Assembly: GCA_000708835.1 (NCBI GenBank)
Contig: DF236963.1
Coordinates: forward strand, 310,001 to 374,000
DNA: 64,000 nt
Direction of reading: 5' to 3'
From: Klebsormidium nitens
Lineage: Eukaryota > Plantae > Klebsormidiophyceae
The translations under genes were made by a program, and so were the position numbers. Shown here one piece after another: positions 50,101 to 62,100 of this stretch. The notes beneath the pieces are model-generated. The model saw only the letters and a program-made list of their open reading frames with translations, did not search any database and was not told the DNA's origin. Numbering within the stretch: position 1 is the first letter of the stretch; every line of letters starts with the position of its first letter.

Positions 50101-53100
50101 AGGACTGTAGACTCCGACGTCGTCACAAGACTCAACTTGCGGATCAAAAGTCGTATACGCAGTTCGGAAATTGAAAACACGCACCTGCCGCCGCATGGCC
50201 CCCCGTTCCTCCGCGTCTTCGACGGGCGTCCATTCCGTGGCGGAATAGTCCTGCCACCCGAGAGCGGAAGCCACCTGCTGGTCGAGCTGGTTGTCATACA
50301 TAATCTGCAGAAGCGAGAGCACAAAACATCTTGTATCATTTTGAAGTGAACGTCCGCTGACGTCAGAAGACACTTGCGGTCCGCAGGGTTCTCAAAGCGA
50401 AGTCGACCGGTCCCATTGCGCACGATATCTGTGCCTTTCCATGCCACAAATCTCGATGAACCTCTGAAAAAATACTCGACCTAACCGTTTCAGAAAGCTA
50501 CACAAGTCGAGACTCATCCGCCAGATTCGCTTTCTGAACCGCCACAGGAGCTCTTAGTGCACGATCTCTTCTGCAGTCGTTGTCTCCGCATCTTCGACGC
50601 CCGGTGTAACCTAAGATGCTTACCTCAAGGAACGCCTCGGGCGTAATGGGCACATCCATTTCTAAAGCTAGCGTCATCTCCGGCTCTTCCATCGCGAGAA
50701 ACTCCTCTTCGTCCAGCACCGTGCTCGACACCTCGCGCATCTCTTCCCGGTCGCGCTCCACTTTGCCGTGCTGCTTATGCAACAGTCTCATCGTCCGGAA
50801 CGCGTTCCCCGGATGGACGAAGTTCTCGAAGCGGAACACGTGGCGGCCCGCCTTGTCCAGTGACGTTGCGTGCTTGATCGCCTCGGGGGTTGCGCTGGCT
50901 TTCAAATAACTGCAGGGTTAGACATAGGGTTAGGTGCTCTCGTTTGCAATCACACCGAGGATAAATGAAAGAACAAACTCCGGAAGGCTTTCTTTTGGAG
51001 ACCGGGTTTTTGATCGGCGGCCCGTCTTGTCGAGTGAGAACGCGGGCTCGATCGCCTCGGGGGTCGCGCTGGCCTTCAATAACTGCAGAATCTAGCGTTC
51101 ATGATCAAGACGCCTTCTTCTGCAACCCACTCAAAGAAAACGGACAAAATACTTCTGGCATTGTGAAGGCGAATTAAATTTGAGGACGTCTGGGACGGCT
51201 GGACACGTGCTTGATCGCCTCGGGACTCCCGCTCGCTCTCAGGTGGCGAGCATAGATGCAAGTCTGCTCGCCTTATTTTCAAAAATGGTTGAAGGTGGGC
51301 GTAGGCGCAGAGTCAACTTTCAAGGGTGTTCTGCTGCGCAGTGGGTCAAGTTTGACGGCTGCTCTGGTGGTAACTTGAGGAATTGCTGTCAGAAGTGGAA
51401 CGCAAAAGTTGCTCCGCCGCAGGTAGTACTCGCCTTCCAGAAGCTGCAAAGAAACGGCTCGAAGTGGTGTTTTTTACTCAAGAAAAGGCGGACATGCAGC
51501 TGCAGTTGCGTCGCAGATGCTGAGAGATCTTTCATACAAGTAAACGGGGCACGCGAGTTTGTTCGAGGAGGTATCATCCGTCAGATTCATTTGCAGGGCT
51601 CGTTGAGAGGAAGAGATTATATGTGTGGACTTTCAAGGGCTAATTTCAAGACATCTGTACGAACGACCGCAGAGCAATGTCACGTGTGACGGGAAGCTGC
51701 ACACGCGACTCAGTACGGAGAAGACAGCGGATGTGTCGGAGCGGTTACAATGAGGGAATCTGTTATCTGATCTGGAGCTACTTGTGTACCTCTCAGACCA
51801 GGGGGACGGTCACATCTCGTCAACCGTGGAAGTGATTTGAGCTCTCCCAATATTGGAAGCTTTCGACGAGCCAGAGATGCTGGTCTGCCAAACTCTGACT
51901 GCTCAAGGCCGTATGCCCTCTTTCCGAACTCTTTGCCTCCACAGACAACTCCCACAGGAAAGTCGTTGCAGGATTCCGAAAAGATAGAAAGATAGAGGAA
52001 AGATGTACAAAGATCTACGAGAGATCCACAAAGTTCCACGCCGCTCACATCTTGACGTGCGGGAAGAGGATGGTCTGCAGCGCCATGAGCGCTTTTGGCG
52101 TCGTCCGCTCCTTGATCTCCTCGATGTCCTCCCACGCCAGCGTGAACGAAATCTTGGTGCCGAAATGGTTCGAGTAGAAGGCGAGCAGATTGGGCGACAA
52201 ATAGATACGACCCTGGAAGGTAAGAAAGGATAGTTGAAGAGGGTCTAGCTTTGTCCTTGTCCAAAGCGTCATGGCGAAGCGCGGGTTTCGAGGAAGTGTG
52301 AGAACAAGGCCAGCGGGTTGGGGCGACAGGAAGTTGCGGCCCTGCGAACCCGCCCTGAGAAAAGGGCGGGTTGGTTTTCACACACGGCAGGAGCAAGCAC
52401 TTTGAGATTACTAGGTGATGTGATGCTAAAAATACTTGGGTTGCTCTTGTCAACAAGCGTGTTCGAGGAACGAATAGCAGGTTGGGCGACCATTTGTTGC
52501 GGCCGCGATAAAATATGAAACAGTACAGAACTTGAGCATCAACGGACCGGCATTAATCAGATGCGAGACTATCTGCTCCGAAACATGCTCGATCGAAGAG
52601 GAATCATCAGCAACTTTACCGACAACGAAGGATGCTGCCTTGTTGGCCCTCAGACAGGGTGAGAGAGGTGTTCGGGCATTTTTGCGCAGACGAGCTTTAC
52701 AAGCCTCCACGATTAGCCAGCCCCAGATGCTTATACTTGCATTTGGAGCCGAGCCTAGAGTGCATTGGCGCGATGTCAGTTCCTAGAAACGAAAGTCCAA
52801 ACGGCGTGCAATAGCAGCCGAAAGACAATTACAATTTGATACTTTGCAAGGAAGAAAAGAGAGGTTCTGCCCTCACCCCGGCGTTGGGCCCCCGCTTTCG
52901 TTTGAGTTGGCACGCGAAGTTGTCAATGAGGATCTCGTGTTCGGGCAGGGAGAAGAGGCGGTGGAAGGGGCCGCTGTATTGTGACTTCTCGGCTTTGATC
53001 TGCAGAGAGTGGAGAAAAGGACTCTGACGGCCTTCATATCAACGTCGAACTCTCTGCACAGAATGGGGATGGGGAGGACTAACCGGCCTGATCTGCGCAA

Positions 53101-56100
53101 TGACTTGTCCGCTTCCTCTGCACAATGTTCGAAAGGGAATATCAAACCGCCTTGAAATGCATGGCCGGAATGTCGGGAAACGTGACCGTTCTTATAAAAA
53201 GCTTTTGACTCACAAAGCTCCAGGTTTTCGAGCCTCTACACTGACACTGGTTCCAATGGCTGCGAGTGGCGCGCAGTAGAAAGGTACCTTAGATGCGGAG
53301 ACAAGTGCGCTTCGAAAATCGCGCAAAGGCGGGGCAGACATCGGTGTCAGGAATAGACGAAGGCTCTTGTCCTTGTACATTGTTTTCAGCTCCCAACGCG
53401 GCAAACTGGCGCAACCCATTATCCTGGAGCCCAATCCCGCTACTAGACTTGTAGAGAGCCGTAACGTAATCTACTAATCTAGAACGCTATCAGGCTAAAA
53501 CCAGTAATGTTCTCATGCTTCTCTCCCCTCTCCTGCTCGACGATCCCGCCATTGGCCCCGTCTTTTATGCCGCAGCGTTCTCTGACCACTGAACTCTCAA
53601 AACCAAAATCAACGATCGGAATCTTCGTGACGACCTGTAAACACTATAACCACTAAAACCACCCCACCTTCTTTCCCGTCTCCTGCTCTACTCCCCAAGA
53701 AGGTGAACGGAGAAACTGCCAGTCGCAGTCGTTCAAAGATTCTAAAAAGACTGGTTGTTCTCACCTTCTTCCCTGTCTCCTGCTCCACGATCTCCGTCAG
53801 CTCCCGCGTGCGCGTCCCCGCCTCGCTCGCGTTCTCGTTGTTGAGCACGATCTTCAGGTGCAACCGCGCGCCGGTCCCGCGCACTTTCTCGCCCTCCAAG
53901 TAGACCCACAGATCGTTCAGGCCTTCCGTGGTGTACTTCAGGAAGTCGACTTCTGCGATGCCGAGTGTTTGCGCGTCGGAGAATGGGCCCTCGTAGTCTT
54001 CGACGGCGATGGCCAGGTAGCGGGGGCACGAGTCCATCGGGTCGAACTGGTGCACCTCTGTGATGAGAAAGCACGCTGGTGTGACTATCAGCCGCGCAAC
54101 GATTCTGTGCCGTAATTTTGTAGTAGCAGACACTTTTCATCTACTACCATTCCTCCGATTGAAACAAACCTTGCTAAAGGACCTAGGAAGAGATAAGGAC
54201 GTGTGAAAGGGCCGGGTAGGAGTTTGAGAAAGCTTTCAAATGTTCGCGATCGAGACACCTTGGTTTTGGCCTCTTCGAAGATGCAAATTTTCGTTTGTGG
54301 CTGTCCAAATACTCGCACAGGGGTGCTTTTATTTCAAGGATCGCAGAAAGTACGTTCGTCACCGGCTACCCTATCAAACGGAATGAGAAATGCAACTTAC
54401 ATCATGTTCAAAGAGCAACGGGAAGAGAAGGTCGAATTGGAACGGGATCAAGGGGTTGGATCCTGTTTTCGAGGCTTTAAGCATGGGAAGATTACGATGC
54501 AAAACCACACTGGAAAGAGATTAAATAAGCGCAGAGATTGTAGCAAGCATCGTCGAACACGCAACGAATCGTTAGTCCCTTTCTCAGGGTGTCTCCTTTG
54601 CCAAACTTCTAAGGCACATGCATTGCGGGTATTGACCCTAAAGGTTTGACGCTTCCGTGTCGGCAGCCCAGCAGCACAAAGTGATTCCTACTAAGCGCGT
54701 TTTCGACGCCACAGCAAATTCTGGCGTCGATTCCGGTACCAACCCCAGCGGAAACTTGGAACATTGGGCGAAAGCTCACCGTTCCATCGAGTGTCTTGTC
54801 CCTGCACTTTGACGCTGCTTGTTCGTGACTGCCCGCCGCAGCCGAGCAGCACAAAGGGATCCCTCTTGAGCCCGTTCTCGTCGACCATGGGCAGGTTTTG
54901 TGCCTCCAGGATCGCAACACTCAGCTGCCAACCGTTAACATTTACGTTGGGCGCTTGGTTGTCGCCTATAACTGCGGAATGGGAAAAGCGATTTGGATGA
55001 GAGTCGAGACTGTGAGAATGCGATCTGGATCGGTCCCATTCAGTTGAGACGAGCGCGACCGATATGCGTAAAAACGCATCAAAAAATGAAGGTTCAAGGG
55101 TTTCTTGAATTGAGAAGAAGAAGAAGTCGAGGGCCTTGCCTTCGTCTTCGTTTGCAAGGACGATGACGTATCTGAAACTTCGAATTCGGGCCGCTGAGCT
55201 TCCATTCCTTGGAAATTTCTGTAAGCGGACGTAGGCAATATTCCTTTTCGGCAGAATCGATTGACCATCTGAAGTCAGCTTGCGTTAGCTTGCGTCGAGC
55301 ATCATGGCCTGGCAAATCCGCATCCAAGTCTTCGACGACACTGCTTAGGCACAAAAGCTGAGGTATACAACAAACACCACAAAGCACCAGAGATCACAGT
55401 GGAATGAAAGTTGCTCCAAAGGCAGGGTGCAGATGCTTGTGATTGTAATACGTCTGAAGGTAAAGCCGTACAAACGATTGAACCGAGCGCCGACTGAGAG
55501 CCCGACCAGAACCCTCTTGTCACCCGTTATGGGGTCTTAGACCGCCAGACCTGAGGAGGGCTTCAGGAAGTTCGAAAGGAGCAGAAGACAGTATGGAAGC
55601 AGCGGACAAATGATGTGGCTGCACATGACAGAGGGACCAAGCGGAAGACGTCAAGCGATGCAGGGGAGGAATCGCCATGTTGTCGCGTTTCTTGCAACGG
55701 TGGCATATAGTCGGGCTGGTCGTGGCCCAAAGAACAGTTACCTCATCATGCCTTCCGAAATGGTTAAGAATACCCAACGTGCATCGGTTCTATGGAGGAA
55801 CCCCAATTGCGAACGACCGGGTTTTGTTGACCAGGTTCTGTTGACCGGATTATTAGACCGGGTATTGGTCAGGGGCGCGAGCAGCGGGGCGAGCATACAG
55901 GACTCGATTCTGAAAGCTGCTCATATTGTGTCAACAACAGGAGTGGATGGCCCAAGTCAGAAGTAAATGAACGTTGATCAAATGGCATCAGGATTTCCAG
56001 CTCATCAACGCTGGATTCTAAACCCAGACATCTGCCTCATCGTTGCCTGCCATGACGTACACAAAATCTTTCTTACCAACGGTTGTGTGACCATCATTTG

Positions 56101-59100
56101 AGGACTGTGCGGAGTCTGATATTAGAATTTTCATTGTAGACCTCAATTTCAAACTGTTCCAGAAAGACAATTAAACGACATGGATTCATTGTAGACCTCA
56201 ATTTCACACTGCTCCAAAAAGACATTTCAACAACATGGAAAAGGCAACGACGGCCCCCCCGGCAAGGTAAGCAGAAAGGCTAGGCAACAATGGTTTGACA
56301 AATACTATCTTGTCTGGCGCGCCAAGGAGGACACGTGTCACCATCAGGTCGGACTCCTGGCGCCGTACGAGCAGGTGATGTCACAAACGCGGAGCGTTTT
56401 GACAGCTCAACGGGGCAGTTAAACGAGCATTTTCCAAGGCTGCTTCGGCAAACTGGGGTTCGAAATCTCGGAATCGCACAAAGAGATAGAGCTTGATAGG
56501 GCAGCGGTATCAGGATGAGAATGGCATTGCTGGATTGCTTTTCCCATTCTTGCCTCGTCATTACCACAGCTTCCGCCAAGCGTGGAACTGGGAAGCGCAA
56601 AAGGCAGGACTACTGCGCCACCTTTTGAGCTACTGGAAAAGGTTTATGCACCGGACATTGCGAAGCAAAAGAGAAGCTCTCGGTATTGCAGAGTTTCAAA
56701 GGCGTGTCAACAAGGTCCAACCAAGAGGGTCACACCCTCTTTTGCGAGGACTGCCTGAGCAATCACTTCTCGTCTTATCGTCAAGCCTTTGAACCAACTC
56801 GGCCTGGCAATCTACGTTGAGATAATGAGGGCCTCTGCGAAGTCAGAGAGGGAGATTGGGCTTCTGCTCCCATCCGCGATTTGTCATTGGCCCGCGACAA
56901 GAATCAGATAAGATTTTGACCATCCAGCAACCATTTAGAAACATGTCACCAAGCCGCTCGGATCGAGAGGCCTCCTCCCTACGTTGTTGACACTCGATAT
57001 TGCCTTACGGAGAGGCACAAAGCACCCAGATCCAGTAAACCTCGTAATGCTACTAAGTGGCTTTTCTGGCCGCAAAAGGACATTGGCTGACACGGGTGGA
57101 TGTCGCCATAGTTGTTTGCCGCACGTAGCAAAAGAACCCAAGGCGATTCCGCTAAATCAAATGATAAACGCGACAAGTGTGACCTAAAGGTTTATGCTAC
57201 CTCGGCGTCAGCCAGCAACAGAAAGTGTCGTAAATTGACAATGCGCCCTTCATCATTGCCGTTCGAGAACCTTCAAGAAGACGTCCTACGTTCACTCCAT
57301 TCGCGGGTACTTATGCCAACCACGAGAAAGTTAATCAGGTCGAAATCTTGCCTGGTTTAAATCGTTTGCGTCCTTACAAACCAGCCAAGATCTAGGCATG
57401 AGCAGCGCAACGGATTTTCTTAAAAAGTTAAAGCCTGGTTGCCAAGGCACAAGGAAACAGCGTCGACACAAAGTTGCATAGCCTCGGCCGCAGTAAGCAG
57501 GAAAAGCACACACTCAAAGCAGAAGTCTCGTCTGAGGGTGCTCGGACAGATAGTGGAGCATTCTCTAGATGTAAGGGAAATCGACACTGACGGAGTGTGC
57601 CTCCTTTATAACCGCAACTAGCTTCAATCACATTGGGCCATGTCGATCAACATTCAGCATCCGTGGTTCTTGTGGAGGTGCCTCTGTCCCCCTTTCGTAG
57701 TAAGAAAACAAATGCCAGTGCAGAGGCTCAACGGACAATGCAACGAATCTTGGCAGCGTACCCAAATCCGGTCCATCATCGCTCCAGCACCTTGCCACGA
57801 CCACTGGACAAGTGTATCTCTTCGACTCTCGAGGACGCTTCAGTACTAACAGCGCGCGGCACCCTTTGGCCACAAGCGAAGCCTTCCTGACCAGTGCAAA
57901 GGACAATGGGTCCGATCAATGATGAAAGCTCCTTGCAAGCGCAGGCTAGCCAAGTCGGGGCATCAGAGGCAAGGCTTGAGGCTGAGCGTTCGCATCCAAA
58001 TCACGTCTACAGTGCCGCATCGGCTTACTTCAGAAGAATGGGAAAGCGCTACTCAAGCTGGAGGGGCCGCCTAGCGCACCGTCAATTGGCGAGGACATCA
58101 TCGTCCCTCAATAAGACGCAAAAAGAGGGACAGCGAGTGCTTCAAAGATATTTTGAAGTCGATCGTCACTGAAAACACGTCTGCAATTGCTGCTTTTTTG
58201 CTGCTGAAATGCCTCTACGCTCTTCGACCGCCGTTCGAAGTGCTGAAGGAAGGTATGGGATTGTTTGATTGGTTTCCGCGTTCTGAAACAGAGGGCACTG
58301 CCAGAAGAATGGGAGGCTGAAGGGCAGCGGCATCAACAGCGGAAGCATAGATGGCGTGAGCGTGATGCCCAGTGGCCAGCTTATCATCGCCTTTGCACCC
58401 GACCAAACGGACACTCACAGGGATTACTTCGACTGATTTTAAAAATCAAGGATACGTTGCAGGCCGCACAATACTGGGATGCATTCGTTGGAAGAAACGT
58501 TCTCTCATTGACAGCGCCAGAAGAAAAAGGCGAAAGACTCTGCGGTGATGATGGACAAAACTTTCGTACCACTTCAGGGATCTTGTGTGGGAGAACACTG
58601 TGAGGATGATTGTCGTCATCTCGTCATCCTCTATTGCAACCATCAACTTGGGCAAACAGAGCTGTTGACCTACAAAGACCGCGGTGACGCATAATGGTGG
58701 GTCACTACGAATTCGGGCTCCTAGGTAACACGCTCCTTTCAGATGGATTATGTCACATGGAGAGACGACCACCCTACAGATTTAGCAGAAAACTTCCAGC
58801 TCAAGTCGTGGAGGGGATTACTGGGCGTCCTCGAACCCAGAAAACTTGCACGGTTCGTCCTTGCCGTTCAAGTCGAAGTTGACCAAAATTGCAATCTACT
58901 CATGTCATCAACTATACAAGGCAAGCTTGTCGGAGATTAGCTCGGCTCAAGACCAGCAACACAGAAGTGAGGCAGTCAGACAAGTAAACGAGTAACAGAG
59001 TCTGCCCCTGAATGTGGCCTCGAATGCGGGTCTGTCCACTCAGGCCCGCAGTCATGTGCTGAGGTGGAAGGAGCTTTACGAGAAGCCTCGACACAAAAGG

Positions 59101-62100
59101 CTTGATCGTTCTGGATGGGGCTTTTCATGGTTGCGCAGAGCTCTCCCTAAGCACGGAGCGAATGTTCACCTCACCGCACATATAGCCGGTGTCGAATCAG
59201 AGGTTCAACAAAAACTTGGATTGCGCATCACACTGTTTTTGACATATCAAGTCTTTCAAAACAGTGAATTGCGATAATTTCCAAGACTTGAAACGCCTCG
59301 AAATGTCAACCAGGTCCGTCGCATGGTCTCGTTTCATTAGATGAAGCAACGCGGAGGAGAACCAACGGGAAGATAAGTACAAGCTGCTGAAAAAGCGAAC
59401 CTCCGAGCACAGCAACATGATTACAATCTACCAATCCCGCGCGAGGCGTCAGACTGGCAACACCATGGCGTCTCTGAGCTAGTGTGAGCCCACGACATCC
59501 GATGCCCGATCACTGCCTTCAAGATATGTCCAACTGCTGCAATCACGTAGGTTTGACGTACAAGAAAGTGCAGCTGTGCTGTCAATCTGAAAATCAGCCA
59601 GTCGGCAATCCTCGCAAGTCGCATCTTGTGGTTTAGATACGTCAACCAGAATCCAGAGAGGAATAAGAAAAAGAAGATGTTGCACGGTTGAATAGGGAAA
59701 AGGGGTTACGGAACGCGGCTCACCCATGGAGATGCCGTGCCGCAATAGGTCCAGCCCCCTCGAGACCATCATCAGGACCAGGGTCGCGATAACCCCCGCC
59801 CACACTACTTCCCAAACCCTAACCGCGGGGTGTAACCCTAGCCAGAAGACCATGCCCCGGCGCTCGTCTCCCCCGTATAAGTGCAGCCCGAAAATGTGGT
59901 CTGCGAAGCGGTGGGCCGCCAAGCAAAGAACTAGGATGGAGGCGCCGGACGCGACCTGCGGAGAAGCGGCGGGGGTGAGTCAAAACGGAAAACAGGTGAC
60001 CGGATAAAGGTATACTTTATCGACTGGGAAGGCAAATTGTGTGAGTTCCATACTTGTACCTGTAAAGAGTTCTGGGCTGTTCACACGGCAATGTAAGAAT
60101 GAAGAAGACGAGACGCCCGACACCTGCGTAACAGCAATATCAATCTTGCCGCTATTTACGACCACTTCGCTTCCGGCAGTGTGTAAATGTTGACGCTGAC
60201 CCTCGACTCTCCATTACCTGTGCCAACATCAGTCCAACGTCCCAATGAAAGTCGAAAAGGAAATGCAATCGAGCCGGTTGACCGTCTGGACCTCGTCGAA
60301 GTTGCTTTCATCAAGCACTCCGAGGACAGGCGAAGAGCAAGGGAACCATTCGCACCTCAAACACGAGTTTGTTACAGACACTTCGTTGTTTGAGAGCAGA
60401 TATGAGGAAGGTCTGAAAGAAACTCTGGTAAAAAATGCACACATCTCCTCGACGAAAACCACTTTGACCGTCCGCACCTCGTCGAAGACGCTCTCCAGGA
60501 ACGCGTCAATGTCTTGTCCGTCGTCCGACAAGTCCGACGGCAGCAGCTCCAGCGCGCCGCCCTTTCGCCGTCCGCCCTTTCCGTCAAGCCGCTTGCTCGT
60601 GGAACCCGCCGCCAGCGCGTCCTTGTCGAGATGGGCCGCGTACCCCCCCAGAATCTCGACGAACGTCGCGTACGTCTCCTTGAGCCCCTGGGCCATGCCT
60701 TTCTCGATCATGCCCTGGACAGAAGAAAGAAAGAGAGCACAAATGAAGAATGGAAGAAAAGTGGTCCAAGAACACTCCATCGTAGAGTTCCGGCGCGCGT
60801 CTACTCAAGTGTCCTCGAGCTCTGTCATTCTCAACCATGCCTGTACGCTGACCGATCAGAGGAAATATTCAACAGCTGACGTGAGCTTTCTGCCGGATAG
60901 AAGGGGCTGCGTTTTGAGTGGGTTGCAAGCGAAATGGTCTGTCATGCAAGAACGGATGGGGCATCGAGTCGGCAGATTGCCCATACTTTCCTCCGAGACG
61001 ACTCTCCTGGGATTTCGATGTAAAAGGAGCTCTACCTATCCGCGTCAGTCCTTTGCCTGGACAAAATAGATTCTCCGATTAAGATAGGGTCTACTACCTC
61101 ACACGAGCACCTGGGCTCACAGCGTTTGCCGTTTCAGATGGCAATCTCCAGAACAACTCTCTAGTCCTACCCCCGCCCTTCAACCAACATTTGCAAAGGG
61201 GGGATGCTTCGTGTAGTACACTTACCTTCATAATCGTACTCTTGAGAAACTTGGGCTCGTACGAGATCTGCAACCGCGTCACGGCATTCCTACCATTCGA
61301 CGCCAGTGATTTAGTCGACTCCGAGCCCCCCGCAGCCGAAATCTCCGTCGAGACCTCGCCCCCCGCCTCGCTGCCGGCGACTTTTGCTCCCCTCACGCTG
61401 TCGTCACCCGCGCCTAAGGACCTGGCCGACATCCCATTTTCGTCTCCGTTCACTGATTCGGGTGACGTCATCCCGAACCGCGAAAGGGACGACGAGCTTT
61501 TGGCCCCGTTTGCGTCCGAGGATTTAGGTGTTCGGGGGGAGGTCTGGGCGTGACGTGGCGTTCGGGGAGACTCAGATCCTCGGCTAAAACGTCCGGACGG
61601 GGTTGGCGGTGCGTCGATGCTTGCGCCGGAACCCTCCCGGGTTAGGGTTGACCCGGATGGGGGCTCCTGGGTTATGCAGAACTTGACCTCGGTGCAGAAC
61701 GTGTCGCCCATCGGGACGTCTTTGGCGACCGTGGTCACGTGGATGACGTAACAGGATGACGTGGCAGCCAGATACCTGAACAGTACGTGAAGCAAGCTTG
61801 TCAACGTACTCCACACCTATTAAGAATGTTCGGAAAGATCATTTCAAGAGAAGTGTATTTGGCAGGAGCGGCGGCCTACCTGGGCGCTCGAAATCAACCC
61901 GAGAATTCCCTTTGGAAACAGTGCTGAATATCAAACGAAGCCGGTGAATGTTTCGATTTCGACTTTGAATCCGTACATATGATGAAGTGTCCAATTCAAG
62001 TGTCGGAATATACAAAGATTCGAATTGTATCACAGTGGGTATGTTGGGCGCCAGCTCAGAAGATGGAATAATTATTGGGAAGGCGAAGGGAAATCCTGAG

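Noticed and set aside
56395-56480. tRNA-like A/B box spacing (cagctcaacgggg ... ggggttcgaaatc)
   Set aside because: The stems do not pair, so it is not supportable as a tRNA.
44392-59723. Two introns of nearly equal length (4741 and 4758 bp) as copies of one inserted element
   Set aside because: No sequence similarity was seen at the ends or at matched interior positions; treated as coincidence.
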